Shown one piece after another: positions 30,758 to 45,369 of a DNA stretch of 64,000 bases; within the stretch, counting starts at the first letter, position 1, and each line of letters begins with the position of its first letter. Under the pieces are notes generated by a model, which did not search any database, was not told the origin of the DNA, and saw only the letters and a program-made list of their open reading frames with translations. This DNA comes from a bacterium (GTDB taxonomy: Archaea > Thermoplasmatota > E2 > JACPAO01 > JAHFTW01), in assembly GCA_040390065.1 (NCBI GenBank), contig JAZJZE010000009.1:192001-256000 (forward strand), read 5' to 3'. Both the position numbers and the translations under genes were made by a program.

Positions 30758-31804
30758 GTGGGAAAATCCGTGTTCGAGAGCGTCCCCACCATCCTGTCGT
30801 CCAAGGAGATCCTGGACAAGGCCTTCCTCAAGGCCAACAAGATGGAAGTGCCCGACCCGGACAAGTACCACCGCATCCGCAAGACGGAGGAGGCGCAGAT
30901 GAAGCACGTCCAGGAGGCGTGCACCGAGGCCCTGGAGCGCTACGTCAAGTCCTTCCCCAACCTCGACGAGGTGCCGGGCTACGAACGCGAAGTCCTCGAC
31001 ATCCTGGTGGGCGTCGACGAACTCAAGGCGGCCCTGGGCCATGTCGACTGGGCGCGCGAGAAGATCAAGGAGGTCTACGGCGACGTGGCCGGCGCCATGC
31101 GGCGCGAGCGCACGACGCTTGGCATCCAGGCGCAGAAGCGGCGCTTCTCCGGGCGCTGTGCAAGCCTCATGGGCAAGGTCGACAAGGACCTCGCCTTCCT
31201 CAGCAAGGCGCGCGACAAGATGCGCATGCTGCCGACCGTGCACCCGGAATACCCCACGGTCGTCATTGCGGGGTTCCCCAACGTGGGCAAGTCAAGCCTC
31301 CTTGCGGCCTGGACGAAGGCCAACCCCGAGATCGCGCCGTACGCCTTCACGACGAAGGCCGCAAACGTCGGCCACATCGAGGTGCGCAGCCGCGAGGACT
31401 CCGTCTCGTTCATCCAGGTCGTAGACACGCCCGGCCTGCTGGACCGGCCCGATGCCGAGCGCAACGCCGTCGAACGCCAAGCCGTGGCCGCTCTGCGCTA
31501 CGCTGCCGACGCCTGCCTGTTCCTGATCGACATGAGCGAGATGTCGGGCTACACCATCCCCGAGCAGGAGGCGCTCCTGGAACAAGTGCGCCGCGAGATG
31601 TCCGGCATCCCGCTCCTCGTGGCCGAGTCCAAGTGCGACCTGCGCCGCAGCACGACGGACCGGCTCAAGTTCAGCACCACGACGGGGGAAGGCCTGGAGG
31701 CGCTCAAGGCCGCCGTCATCGCAGCCATGACTCCCGACGAACCGGAACTGGAGATGGACCCCCTGGACATGTGGAAGGCCCAGCGCGACCCCATGTTCGG
31801 GTAG
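30758..31804 (+). CDS. NOG1 family GTPase
   Basis: GFPNVGKSS, YAFTTK, DTPGLLDRP. Confidence 0.93.
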   Translation: MGKSVFESVPTILSSKEILDKAFLKANKMEVPDPDKYHRIRKTEEAQMKHVQEACTEALERYVKSFPNLDEVPGYEREVLDILVGVDELKAALGHVDWAREKIKEVYGDVAGAMRRERTTLGIQAQKRRFSGRCASLMGKVDKDLAFLSKARDKMRMLPTVHPEYPTVVIAGFPNVGKSSLLAAWTKANPEIAPYAFTTKAANVGHIEVRSREDSVSFIQVVDTPGLLDRPDAERNAVERQAVAALRYAADACLFLIDMSEMSGYTIPEQEALLEQVRREMSGIPLLVAESKCDLRRSTTDRLKFSTTTGEGLEALKAAVIAAMTPDEPELEMDPLDMWKAQRDPMFG

Positions 31805-31866
31805 TTCCGTCTTGCCGAACCTGTGCAACAATCTTCTAAAGCCCCCAGGGGTCGGCAGCCCTGTCC

Positions 31867-32718
31867 ATGGCTGACGAACCGACCGGCGACGACGGGCTGA
31901 CACAGCGCGAACGCCGCGCACAGAGGCACCGCTCCACGCGCGCCACACGCGCCCCCACGGACTGGGCCCGCAAGGCTCGTGCGGCCAAGACGCCCATCAT
32001 CATCCTCCTCATCGTCGCGGCCGGTGTCGGCGCCGTCATCTGGCTCAACCTGCCGCACGACTGCCCCGACCACTGGCACGCAACACAGCGCGTCTTCGTG
32101 CCGGACGGCATGGGCTCCGATGGCTACGACATTCCGCACACCATCGACTGGAACGCCCCCAAGAACGCCGCCAACCAGATCTACTACAACTACGGCATCG
32201 ACGACGCGATGAGCCCGACCATGCACATGCACCAAAGCGGCCCCGAGCAAGGGTCGGAGGCTTTGGGCCCGACGCAATTCCACTTCGAAGGCAACGGCAA
32301 ATGCATCGGCATCCAGAACGCTTACAGCGAGATTGATTTGAGCGTGGACAGCCACTCCGTCACCGTCATGCAGGGCACGCCCCTCTACGCCGCCAACATC
32401 AAGGGAACGAGCCTGGAGGCAACCGGCGGCCACTGGGAGGCAGGCGGCAACCACACGCTGCGCTTCTTCCTCGAGACGAACGTGGGCAACAACACGTGGG
32501 CCTGGTCGGAGCGCAGCTTCGACGACTACAAGCATTACCAGGCGCACGACATGGAATCCTTCATGGTCGCCTTCGGCCACTACAGTGACGCGCAACTGCA
32601 GTCGATGATGGACCAGATTCCAGCCCCCATCAGTCGCCCCGGGGACGCGCAGGTGCTGCCCTTCTACACGCCGCCGGTTGTCGTCACCACGACGCCGACC
32701 AGCAGTTCGACGACGTAA
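31867..32718 (+). CDS. His-motif membrane-anchored protein, paralog of 27476..28219
   Basis: CPDHWHAT, MHMHQSGPEQG, QFHFEG, PISR. Confidence 0.78.
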   Translation: MADEPTGDDGLTQRERRAQRHRSTRATRAPTDWARKARAAKTPIIILLIVAAGVGAVIWLNLPHDCPDHWHATQRVFVPDGMGSDGYDIPHTIDWNAPKNAANQIYYNYGIDDAMSPTMHMHQSGPEQGSEALGPTQFHFEGNGKCIGIQNAYSEIDLSVDSHSVTVMQGTPLYAANIKGTSLEATGGHWEAGGNHTLRFFLETNVGNNTWAWSERSFDDYKHYQAHDMESFMVAFGHYSDAQLQSMMDQIPAPISRPGDAQVLPFYTPPVVVTTTPTSSSTT

Positions 32719-32810
32719 GCGACGCGCGTCGGGCGTCCAGGCCCGACTTTGCTCGGCACCGCACCGGCGCCGGCCGCAATGCCTAAGACGTGCCAAACCC
32801 CCGCATGCGT

Positions 32811-33122
32811 ATGGACCGCCCAGTCGGAATTCTTGCAATCGCGCTGCTGTGCGGCCTATGCCTGGGAAGCCCGGGGGGCGGCGCAAGCGCAAGGGAGGCG
32901 GCGCCTGGCCACCCGCCGGCTGGCGCCGTCGCGTCGCCGGATTACCTGGGGATTCTTCACGCCAACAGCGCCATGTCCGTTGCCGACCAATTGCCGGCCG
33001 GGTCCACGACACGCTGCATCCCATGCGCGCAAAGCGACATGTGGCCAGGGGACTTTGCCGCCCCAGCCGTCCCGATGACATCCGCCGACTCCATTGCCCA
33101 GTCCTCCGACGACGGCCTCTAG
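32811..33122 (+). CDS. Possible small secreted protein
   Basis: Signal-like N-terminus; fills the gap; weak support. Confidence 0.3.
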   Translation: MDRPVGILAIALLCGLCLGSPGGGASAREAAPGHPPAGAVASPDYLGILHANSAMSVADQLPAGSTTRCIPCAQSDMWPGDFAAPAVPMTSADSIAQSSDDGL

Positions 33123-34108
33123 CCAGTGCGCGTGCGGTAGTCCACCAGGATTGCGCGCGCCGCATCGCCCGGGCTGCGCCGACCGGCCTCTGCCTCGGCG
33201 ACCAGGTGCGCAAACTGCGGCCGGGGCGTGCCGTCGCGGGCGAAGGCGTGCGACACGACGTCGCTGGCCAAGAGCAGGCGGACTTGCTCGCGCACGCGGC
33301 GGGCCCGACGTTGTGCCCACGTTCCCGACGCCTCGCTCCAGGCACGATGCTTGACCAGGACGTCGAGGAGAGGCCCGGTTCCTTCGCCACGCTCGGCCAC
33401 GGTGCGCAGGATTGGCGGGGTCCACGCGTCGCCGCCGTTTGGCGCGGGCGCGGGGTGCGCCAGCATGAGGTTCGCTTCGACTTCGGATGCGACCTTGTCG
33501 GCGCCGGTGAGGTCTGACTTGTTGACGACGAAAACGTCGGCGATCTCCATGATGCCCGCCTTGACGCTCTGCACGTCGTCGCCCAGGTTCGGCACGAGGA
33601 CGACCACGACGGAGTCGGCAAGCCGCGCGATGTCGACCTCGGCCTGGCCGACGCCGACGGTCTCCACAAAGACCACGTCCTTGCCCGCTGCAGACAGCAC
33701 CCGCACGGCATCCAACGTGTGCCGCGACAACCCGCCCAACGCACCGCGCGTCCCCATGCTGCGGATGAAGACATCGCGGTCGCCGGCGTGGCCCTGCATG
33801 CGGATGCGGTCGCCGAGGATCGCGCCCCCTGTAAACGGGCTGGACGGGTCGACGGCCACGACGCCGACGGACAGGCCGCGCCGCCGCGCTTCGGCGATGA
33901 GGCGGTCGACGAGCGTGGACTTGCCCGTCCCAGGCGCGCCCGTCACGCCGATGACGTACGCCTTCCCCTGCGGCATGGCGGAGAGCGCATCCGCTGCGCC
34001 TTCGTCGTCGGCCTCCAGCCGCGAGATGAGGCGGCCGATGGCGCGGCGGTCGCCGGCGGCGGCCTGCGAGGCCAATTCGCCTGCCGGGCCGCCGGGCGCG
34101 CGCAGCAT
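33119..34108 (-). CDS. meaB: MeaB/ArgK GTPase chaperone of acyl-CoA mutase
   Basis: GAPGTGKST, DPSSPFTGGAILGDRIRM, ETVGVGQ, NKSD. Confidence 0.95.
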   Translation of the reverse strand: MLRAPGGPAGELASQAAAGDRRAIGRLISRLEADDEGAADALSAMPQGKAYVIGVTGAPGTGKSTLVDRLIAEARRRGLSVGVVAVDPSSPFTGGAILGDRIRMQGHAGDRDVFIRSMGTRGALGGLSRHTLDAVRVLSAAGKDVVFVETVGVGQAEVDIARLADSVVVVLVPNLGDDVQSVKAGIMEIADVFVVNKSDLTGADKVASEVEANLMLAHPAPAPNGGDAWTPPILRTVAERGEGTGPLLDVLVKHRAWSEASGTWAQRRARRVREQVRLLLASDVVSHAFARDGTPRPQFAHLVAEAEAGRRSPGDAARAILVDYRTRTG

Positions 34109-34111
34109 GTC

Positions 34112-34537
34112 CTAGGCCCGCACGGCCTCGACGCCGTTGGCAAAGCGCGGGTGGCCCTCGATGAACTGCACGATGGAGCGGGTGTCCGTGCCGGGCCCGA
34201 AGACCGCTTCGATGCCGACGGCCTTGAGCCGATGCGCATCGTCGTCGGGGATGATGCCGCCGCCGAAGACGACGACGTCCTCGGCGCCCTCGGCGACCAG
34301 CATCTGCTTGACCTTGGGGAACAGGGTCATGTGCGCGCCCGAGAGGCAGGACAGGCCGACGAGGTCGACGTCCTCCTGGATGGCGGCGGCGACGATCTGC
34401 TGGGGCGTCTGGCGCAGGCCGGTGTAGATGACCTCGAAGCCGGCGTCGCGCAAGGCCCGGGCGACGACCTTGGCGCCGCGGTCGTGGCCGTCGAGGCCCG
34501 GCTTGGCGACCAGGATGCGGATCTGCCGTTCCGTCAT
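34112..34537 (-). CDS. Cobalamin-binding small subunit of methylmalonyl-CoA mutase
   Basis: [25 protein letters not shown]. Confidence 0.95.
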   Translation of the reverse strand: MTERQIRILVAKPGLDGHDRGAKVVARALRDAGFEVIYTGLRQTPQQIVAAAIQEDVDLVGLSCLSGAHMTLFPKVKQMLVAEGAEDVVVFGGGIIPDDDAHRLKAVGIEAVFGPGTDTRSIVQFIEGHPRFANGVEAVRA

Positions 34538-34592
34538 TGGGGCGTTCCAGAAGATGGCTCTAGATAACCCTGCTCCAAGGGCCCATCGTGGC

Positions 34593-36887
34593 CTAGGCTT
34601 GGCGACGGCGCAGCAGGAGGACCGCGGCGCCGAGTGCAGCCACCAGGGCCACGAGTTCGAAGCCGGGCGTCTTGCCGCTGTTGCCGGCCGCCGCGTCCAG
34701 GGCGCTTGCCTGGTCGGCTTCGTCGAGGTACGGGTGGTCCGTGTCGATGACGGCGTACAAGTGCAGCAGGCTGCGCTGGTTGAAGTCGCTCTGGCTGGTG
34801 GCCGTGAGGACCAGGTCTGCCGCATCGGGGCGGGCGGCCGTGTCAGGCGCCTTGACGGCGACGGCCAGGAAGACCGAGCCGCCGGCGGGGATGGTGACCT
34901 GCGGGTTCTGCATGATGAGGCGCGACCAGGAGTCGGCCGTGCCTACCGCGTGCGTGCCGGTCATCTCGACGAGGAAAGTGTCCTGCTTGTCGCCGTGGTT
35001 CGTGAGGGTTACGTTGAACAGCACCGTCTTGCCAGGGTTGACGAAGCGGTTGGGCTCCGACGTGGCCACGAGTTCGACCGTCGACAGGAAGATGTCCTGC
35101 ACCGGGTCGTGGTACTCGACGAGGGGCAGGGTGAACGTGCCGCCGGGGAGGAGGACGGGGGAGTCCTTCGGGCCGAAGAACGGGTCGGCGCGCGTGAAGT
35201 TCAATGTGAGGAACAAGACGAGCGAGGCGCCCTTCTGGAAGGGGATGAACTCGCCGCCCGGCCTGGCGTGCACGACGGTCTTGAACTCCTTGTCCGGGTT
35301 CTGGGCGGAGACGTCCACCGGTGTCGTGGCCTCGAGGGTCGCGACGACCGTTGCGTTCGCCGAAGGCGAATCGATGTTGACGCCCTGACCCTTCGGGGGC
35401 GCGCCGTAGTAGACCAGCTTGCCGCTGAAGACGGCGCCGTTCATGGGCAGCGCGTTCTTGATGTGCACCGAGATCTCGGCGGGGCCCCCCAGCATGCCGT
35501 TGCCCTTCGTGTCGAAGTCGAGGCCCATGTCGAGGGCCGGCTCGAGGGGGACGTCCCAGGCGTAGTGGACCTTCGGAAGGTCGGTCACCGCAAGGTTCGC
35601 GCCGCCGCACGTGTTGGTCGCGGCCGTCTCCTCGCAGTCCAGCGTCGCGGGGATCAACGTCTTCTTGTCGTTGGGCTCGTGCTCCGGGTCGAGGGCGTTC
35701 ATGTAGACGTAGCCCTCGAGGCCGGTGTCGCCCGGGAACAGCGATTCGATGACCGTTGCCGTCGGATCGGTGCTCGCGGCGGTCGAGTGCAGCCAGATCT
35801 GGTTGTGGTGGCCCGCCGGCTGCGGCGGGTTCACGTACCGGACGCCGAGCTGGACACGGCCGACGGAGCCGGGGTCGCTGACGGATTGCAGTTCGACCAC
35901 GAAGTTGAGGAAGGCGCCGTGCGCGTGGGCAAAGGGCGTCGTCACGAGGATGGGGAACAGGAGCGTCCCGTTGCCCGGGATCGTGAGCTGCGCCGCCGGC
36001 AGCTTGACCTGCCAGACGTTGGGGACGCCGACGGTGACGAGGTTGAAGCGGTCCTCGCTCTTGGCGAGGTTGGTCGCCTGGACCTGGAAGACGATGGTCG
36101 TCGCCTCACCGTTGGAGGCGCGCGTCGGGATGGCGGAGCGCAGGCGGGCGTGGCCGGATTGGGCGACGCCGAAGTGGATAGGGAGCTTGCCCTCGTTGAC
36201 CGTGCTGTTTCCGTTGTCCGGCATCGCGTCGCTGGCCGTCGGCGTCGGGGCCTTGCCGCCGCCGGTCGGGCCGCGGCCCAAGCCGATCTGGGCGTTGATG
36301 GCCTTGGAGGTGACGTGGAAACCCGTGAAGGGGACGTCCGGGTGGGGCGCGCCGCCGTTGCCATCGGCAAGAAGGTCGCGGTGGGCGACGGTCGCCGAGA
36401 CGGTGTTGGCCGTGAGGTCCTCCGAGAAGACGAGTTCGGCCGGGTCGGAGGTGATGGTGAAGTAGCCGTTGCGGCCGGGGTCGAAGGCCTGGAGTTGGCC
36501 GAAGTAGTTCGTGCCCGCGAAGTGTTGGCGGTTGACGATCAAGCGGAACTGGCGGTCGTAGTTCTGGAAGTAGATGCCATACTGGCCGGACTCCGTGCCG
36601 GGCAGTTCAGTGGGTTGCGGCGAGAGGTTCTTGACGCCAAGGATGAACGTGAAGGAGTCCGTGGTCTCCTTGACGTCCAGCGACTTGAGGTCGGTCGGGT
36701 CCCAGCGGCCGTCGGGCGCCTTCTGGCAGGTGCCGTTCTCGCAGACGTCGACGTCCAAGAGGCCGTCGTCGGCCATGTGCGTCGCCGGCAGGTCCGTACC
36801 CGGGGGTGCCTGGGCGTGCGTCGGCACGACCAAGGCGGCGGAGGCGGTCATGATGAAGGCCAGCAGCACGGCTGTCCGGTTGCGCAT
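34593..36887 (-). CDS. Large cell-surface protein with PGF-CTERM
   Basis: Signal peptide; C-terminal KTPGFE-TM-RRR. Confidence 0.85.
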   Translation of the reverse strand: MRNRTAVLLAFIMTASAALVVPTHAQAPPGTDLPATHMADDGLLDVDVCENGTCQKAPDGRWDPTDLKSLDVKETTDSFTFILGVKNLSPQPTELPGTESGQYGIYFQNYDRQFRLIVNRQHFAGTNYFGQLQAFDPGRNGYFTITSDPAELVFSEDLTANTVSATVAHRDLLADGNGGAPHPDVPFTGFHVTSKAINAQIGLGRGPTGGGKAPTPTASDAMPDNGNSTVNEGKLPIHFGVAQSGHARLRSAIPTRASNGEATTIVFQVQATNLAKSEDRFNLVTVGVPNVWQVKLPAAQLTIPGNGTLLFPILVTTPFAHAHGAFLNFVVELQSVSDPGSVGRVQLGVRYVNPPQPAGHHNQIWLHSTAASTDPTATVIESLFPGDTGLEGYVYMNALDPEHEPNDKKTLIPATLDCEETAATNTCGGANLAVTDLPKVHYAWDVPLEPALDMGLDFDTKGNGMLGGPAEISVHIKNALPMNGAVFSGKLVYYGAPPKGQGVNIDSPSANATVVATLEATTPVDVSAQNPDKEFKTVVHARPGGEFIPFQKGASLVLFLTLNFTRADPFFGPKDSPVLLPGGTFTLPLVEYHDPVQDIFLSTVELVATSEPNRFVNPGKTVLFNVTLTNHGDKQDTFLVEMTGTHAVGTADSWSRLIMQNPQVTIPAGGSVFLAVAVKAPDTAARPDAADLVLTATSQSDFNQRSLLHLYAVIDTDHPYLDEADQASALDAAAGNSGKTPGFELVALVAALGAAVLLLRRRQA

Positions 36888-36955
36888 GGAAATCCCAGGT
36901 AGGGCGGAGGGACAAAACCCTTGTGGTGCCAGCCTGGCCTTTTTGGCCTCTTGCA

Positions 36956-39631
36956 TCAGGGCTGCGGCGGCGTCGGCGGAGCGGCCGGGCCGGGCGCTGG
37001 TGGCGGCGTCGGCGGCGGCAGGACCAGGTTGCCATCGCCCTCGTCAGCCGGCAACGTCGCGACTTGCGTGATGCGGTCGTCGTCGTCCATGCGCATGAGG
37101 GTGACGCCCTGCGTCGAGCGGCCCATGGCGCGCAGTTGGTCGACGGGGATGCGGACACCCATGCCGGATTTCGTCAAGAGCAGGAGCGATTCGTCGCCCT
37201 TCACGGTACGCACGGCGACGACGGGGCCGTTGCGGTCGTTGACGACGATCGTGCGCACACCCTTGCCGCCGCGGTGCGTCTTGCGGTACTCGTCGAGTTC
37301 CGTGCGCTTTCCATAGCCGTTCGCCGTCACGGAGAGCAGGCTGGTTCCTGGTTCCGCAATGGCGAGCGACACGACTTCGTCGCCGCTTTCGAGCGTGATG
37401 CCGCGGACGCCTGCAGCGGGGCGGCCCATGACGCGGACTTCCGACTCGTCGAAGCGGCACGCTTGGCCCATCTTCGTCGCCAGGATGACGTCGGCTTTTC
37501 CGTCCGTGCGGCGGACCGCGAGAAGCTCGTCGCCCTCGTCCAGGCCAATCGCAATGATGCCGCCGGCGCGGATGTTCTTGAAATCAGCCAGCGCCGTGCG
37601 TTTGACGGTGCCCATCTTCGTCGCGAAGAACAGCGTCGGCCCGGTGGCGTCGGAGCCTTCGGGGGCCTCGCCTTCGGAGAAGTCACGCACCGGGATGATG
37701 GTCTCGACCTTCTCGTCGCCCTCCAGTTGCAGCAGGTTGATGGCCGGCTTGCCCTTCGTCTGGCGCGACCCCGTGGGCACCTTGTAGCCCTTCAGCCAAT
37801 GGATGCGGGCCTTGTTCGTGAAGAAGCACAGCCAGTCATGCGTCGAGCCCACCGTCGATTCCATGACGGCGTCCTTCGCGGCAGCCTCGTCTTCCGATTC
37901 GCTGCCCTTGAGCTTGAGACCACGCAGGCCCTTGCCGCCGCGGTTCTGTTCGCGCCACGTGTCGAGGGGCAGCCGCTTGACGTACTGCTCCTGCGTCAGC
38001 AGGAAGACGGACTCCTCCTCGGGGATGAGCGACTCGTCGTCGATGTCGATGTCGCCCTCGGCAATCTGGGTGCGACGCTTGTCACCGAATTCGGCGCGCG
38101 CCTTGGCAAGCTCTTCCTTGATGATCGCGTAGACTTGCGCCGGGTCGGCAAGGACGCCCTTGTAGTACGCGATCTGGACTTGCAGTTGCGCGTGCTCCGT
38201 CTTCACGGCGTCGGTTTCGAGTCCCGTGAGGCGCTGCAGGCGCATGTCCAGGATGGCCTTGCCTTGGATCTCGCTCAGCTTGAACTGCCCCATGAGGCCA
38301 GCCAACGCGGTTTCCGGGTCCTTGCTCGCGCGGATCAGGGCCACCACGGCGTCGATGTTGGCAAGCGCGATGAGGAGGCCTTCCAGCACGTGCGCGCGGG
38401 CTTCCGCCTTCTTGAGTTCGAATTGCGTGCGACGCGTCACGACCTCGAAGCGGTGCTTGAGGAATACCAGGATGAGTTCGCGCAGGCCCATGGTGCGGGG
38501 CCGGCCGTCGACCAAGGCCAGGTTGTTGACGGCGAAACTGGTCTGCAGCGCCGTGTGCTTCCACAACTGGTTCAGGACGACGTCCGGGATGGCGTCGCGC
38601 TTGAGTTCGATGACCATGCGCATGCCGCGCCGGTCGGATTCGTCGCGCAGGTCGGAGATGCCTTCGAGCACTTTCTCCTTGACGAGCTCCGCCATGGCGA
38701 TGAGCAGGTCCGACTTGTTGACTTGGTAGGGGATCTCGTGGAAGACGATGCGCTCACGGTCCCGGTCCATCTCCTCGATGGTGTAGGCGCCGCGCACGAC
38801 GACGCGGCCGCGGCCCGTCGAGAGGTACGAGAGGATGCCGCCCTTGCCGTGGATGATACCGCCCGTCGGGAAGTCCGGGCCCTGCACGTGCTGCATGAGG
38901 TCCAGGCTGGTTGCGCCGGGTTCGTCGATGAGGCGCACGGCGGCGTCGACGACTTCGCTGAGGTTGTGCGGCGGCACGTTCGTGGCCATGCCGACGGCGA
39001 TGCCGGCGGAGCCATTGACGAGGAGGTTCGGGACTGCCGACGGCATGACCGAGGGCTCCTGCAAGGTGCCGTCGAAGTTGGGGACGAAGTCGACCGTCTC
39101 CTTGTCGAGGTCGTTGAGGATCTGCAGCGAGAACTTGGCGAGGCGGGACTCCGTGTACCTCATGGCTGCCGCAGCATCGCCGTCGACGGAGCCGAAGTTT
39201 CCTTGGCCATCGACGAGCAGGTAGCGCAGGCTCCAACTCTGGGCCATGCGGACCATGGCTTCGTAGACCGAGGAGTCGCCGTGTGGGTGGTATTTGCCGA
39301 GCACTTCACCGACGACGCGGGCGGACTTCTTGTGCGCCGACGTGGGCCCCATGCCGAGTTCGCTCATGCCGTAGAGGATGCGGCGGTGGACCGGTTTGAG
39401 GCCGTCGCGCGCGTCCGGGAGTGCACGCGAGACGATGACGGACATGGCGTAGTCGAGGAACGACTTGCGCATCTCCTGTTCGACGGGGCGCGCATTGACG
39501 TTGACGCTGACGGCGCGGCCGGGGGCGTTGTAGTTCGTCGGAATCTTGGGCTCGGCGGGCTCGGCGGGCGACTTGCCGGATTTTCCGCCGACGTTAGGCT
39601 TGCCTTCTGGGTTGGATCCGTTTTCAGCCAT
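36956..39631 (-). CDS. gyrA: DNA gyrase subunit A
   Basis: [23 protein letters not shown], GyrA-box QNRGGKG. Confidence 0.97.
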   Translation of the reverse strand: MAENGSNPEGKPNVGGKSGKSPAEPAEPKIPTNYNAPGRAVSVNVNARPVEQEMRKSFLDYAMSVIVSRALPDARDGLKPVHRRILYGMSELGMGPTSAHKKSARVVGEVLGKYHPHGDSSVYEAMVRMAQSWSLRYLLVDGQGNFGSVDGDAAAAMRYTESRLAKFSLQILNDLDKETVDFVPNFDGTLQEPSVMPSAVPNLLVNGSAGIAVGMATNVPPHNLSEVVDAAVRLIDEPGATSLDLMQHVQGPDFPTGGIIHGKGGILSYLSTGRGRVVVRGAYTIEEMDRDRERIVFHEIPYQVNKSDLLIAMAELVKEKVLEGISDLRDESDRRGMRMVIELKRDAIPDVVLNQLWKHTALQTSFAVNNLALVDGRPRTMGLRELILVFLKHRFEVVTRRTQFELKKAEARAHVLEGLLIALANIDAVVALIRASKDPETALAGLMGQFKLSEIQGKAILDMRLQRLTGLETDAVKTEHAQLQVQIAYYKGVLADPAQVYAIIKEELAKARAEFGDKRRTQIAEGDIDIDDESLIPEEESVFLLTQEQYVKRLPLDTWREQNRGGKGLRGLKLKGSESEDEAAAKDAVMESTVGSTHDWLCFFTNKARIHWLKGYKVPTGSRQTKGKPAINLLQLEGDEKVETIIPVRDFSEGEAPEGSDATGPTLFFATKMGTVKRTALADFKNIRAGGIIAIGLDEGDELLAVRRTDGKADVILATKMGQACRFDESEVRVMGRPAAGVRGITLESGDEVVSLAIAEPGTSLLSVTANGYGKRTELDEYRKTHRGGKGVRTIVVNDRNGPVVAVRTVKGDESLLLLTKSGMGVRIPVDQLRAMGRSTQGVTLMRMDDDDRITQVATLPADEGDGNLVLPPPTPPPAPGPAAPPTPPQP

Positions 39632-39639
39632 GTCGTCAC

Positions 39640-43366
<3,727 letters not shown>

Positions 43367-43375
43367 CCGTCGGCT

Positions 43376-44422
43376 CTAGGAGGGAGGACCGGACGCCGAT
43401 GGCTCCGCAGCCGCCAGGTCTGCCGGTGGCACGCCTTGAGTCTCCTCGAAGACGACCTGCACCTTGTCGGGCCTCGGCGTCGGCGGCGGCAGGCCCACGA
43501 GTTTGGCAAGCGCCGCGCGGACCCCTTCCTGGTCTTCGGCGTCAAGGCCGAAATATTCCGGGAACAGGGGCGTCGTGGCCAGGATCTTGGTCGGGCCCTC
43601 CTCGCGGGCGCGAACCAGGCCGCGCTCGATGAGTTCTGGGATGTGCTCGTAGACCTTCGTGCCGATCATGTTGACCAGTTCGGACTGCTTCATCGGCTGG
43701 TGGTACGCGATGAGGGCCAGCGTCTTCAGCAGCTTGGGCGCGATCTCCATGGGCGCAAAGCGCGCGGCAGGCTCGGCGGCTCGGCTGCGCACCTGCATGG
43801 CCCACTTGGCGCCAGCCTTGCCGACCTCGAGGACGGTGTCGCGGCCCTCGTAGTCGTCGGCCAGTTCCTTGATGGCCTTCTTGATGGTGTCGGGGCTGAG
43901 CTTCGTCTCGTGGGCGATCTCCTCGATGGCGATCGGCTTGCCGGCCGAGAAGAGCGCGGCCTCGACGACGTGCTTGGGTTGCATGCCCTTGGTGTTGAGC
44001 GGGGCGTGGGGGGGCGTGGGCTTGGCAGCCTTCGCCGGTTCTGCGACTGTGGGTGCCGCCGACTCATTCGATGCGGGCACGTCGGCCGGCGTCGGCGCGT
44101 TGGGAGCGGGACTTGTGGTCCCAGATTTGGCGGCTTTGGCGCGCGCCTTCAGGGCCTTCGGCATCGCAGTCGTCGGCGTCATGGGCGCCATCGGCGCTTG
44201 AGGATTCCCCGCATTTTCCTTGCGGATGGTCTCGGCGATGGCGTGCAAGTCATCGGCGTGGGCGGCTGGCGCCGGCTTCACGACGACCTCCTCGGCGACC
44301 GGGGCCGCCTTCTTGGCCTTCTTCTTGTCGGCGCGCAACTTCTCCAGGATCTGCGCGGCCGTGTTGGGTTTGCCGTAGTTGCGGCGGACTTCCATGGGAG
44401 TCCCGTCGGGTGCTTCACTCAT
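43376..44422 (-). CDS. scpB: SMC-Scp complex subunit ScpB
   Basis: VEAALFSAGKP, LKTLALIAYHQP, TTPLFPEYFGL; long Ala/Pro/Lys N-terminal extension. Confidence 0.92.
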   Translation of the reverse strand: MSEAPDGTPMEVRRNYGKPNTAAQILEKLRADKKKAKKAAPVAEEVVVKPAPAAHADDLHAIAETIRKENAGNPQAPMAPMTPTTAMPKALKARAKAAKSGTTSPAPNAPTPADVPASNESAAPTVAEPAKAAKPTPPHAPLNTKGMQPKHVVEAALFSAGKPIAIEEIAHETKLSPDTIKKAIKELADDYEGRDTVLEVGKAGAKWAMQVRSRAAEPAARFAPMEIAPKLLKTLALIAYHQPMKQSELVNMIGTKVYEHIPELIERGLVRAREEGPTKILATTPLFPEYFGLDAEDQEGVRAALAKLVGLPPPTPRPDKVQVVFEETQGVPPADLAAAEPSASGPPS

Positions 44423-45369
44423 GCCTTGACCTCTTCATCGATGACCGCGGCCGCCTCGGGCAGGCGCGGCGTGATCCAGATCTCGCCCTTGGGGAAGTCC
44501 TCCTGTGTCACGAGGATGCGCTGCGCCTTGGCAAGAAACAGGAGCGCGTTGAAGGTCTGCACGACGTCGGCGGAGTTGGACTCCACGATGCTCGTGAGCG
44601 GTACAGGTGTGGTCGGCACCTCGAGGATGCGAGTCCACGTCTCGGCGATCTCGGATTCGAGGTCGTCCTTGTGCATCATGCCGCCGACGCGTCCGCGCAT
44701 GCGGCGGCGCAGCGACAGGCGTGCCGCGAGTTTCTGCTCGTTGAGGACCAAGCGTTGCTGGGCCTCGGCGTGCACCTCCTCGAACGCTGAAAGGAGCTCC
44801 ATGAGGGTGACGCGGCGGTCGCCCTTGTGGCGGATCTTCTCGTCGATGGGCGCGCGAGGAAGGGCGAGCACGCGCGAATTGTAGTCGACCTGGTCCTCGC
44901 TCCAGCCGTAGTCGGGGATGTCCTGCCATCCGACCTCGTCGGGCTCCTGCGCGCGGATGACGGCGCGGTCCGCCACCTGCTGGCTCTGCGCCTTGAGGAC
45001 GGTCCACGCCATGAGGATGATGCGCCCGGCCGTGACGAGGTCGACGCCGTGCTCGCGGGCCTCCTTGAGGTACAATTGCGCGAACTTGGACAAGTCGAGG
45101 TCCCATGGGTCGAGGTGGTTCTGGATGACGAGCTCGAACGCGATGGCGAGGTCGCGCTGGAACCCCTCCTTCAGGGTGACGTGTTCGCCATCGCGGGAAT
45201 CCTGCACCATCTGCACGTAGGATTCGATCTTGGCGCCGTCGTCGTCGTCGCCAACCATTGCCTTGTGCCACAGGAGGTGACGCACGACCTGCGACGTGTG
45301 CAGGCTGGCCTGCGTCGTCGCCTTCGGCGCAACGGCGTCCTTGAACCTGGACTGGGCGGGCGGGGCCAT
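44419..45369 (-). CDS. scpA: Kleisin ScpA
   Basis: LDPWDLDL, RRVTLMELL, FNALLFLA...QEDF; located between smc and scpB. Confidence 0.9.
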   Translation of the reverse strand: MAPPAQSRFKDAVAPKATTQASLHTSQVVRHLLWHKAMVGDDDDGAKIESYVQMVQDSRDGEHVTLKEGFQRDLAIAFELVIQNHLDPWDLDLSKFAQLYLKEAREHGVDLVTAGRIILMAWTVLKAQSQQVADRAVIRAQEPDEVGWQDIPDYGWSEDQVDYNSRVLALPRAPIDEKIRHKGDRRVTLMELLSAFEEVHAEAQQRLVLNEQKLAARLSLRRRMRGRVGGMMHKDDLESEIAETWTRILEVPTTPVPLTSIVESNSADVVQTFNALLFLAKAQRILVTQEDFPKGEIWITPRLPEAAAVIDEEVKA

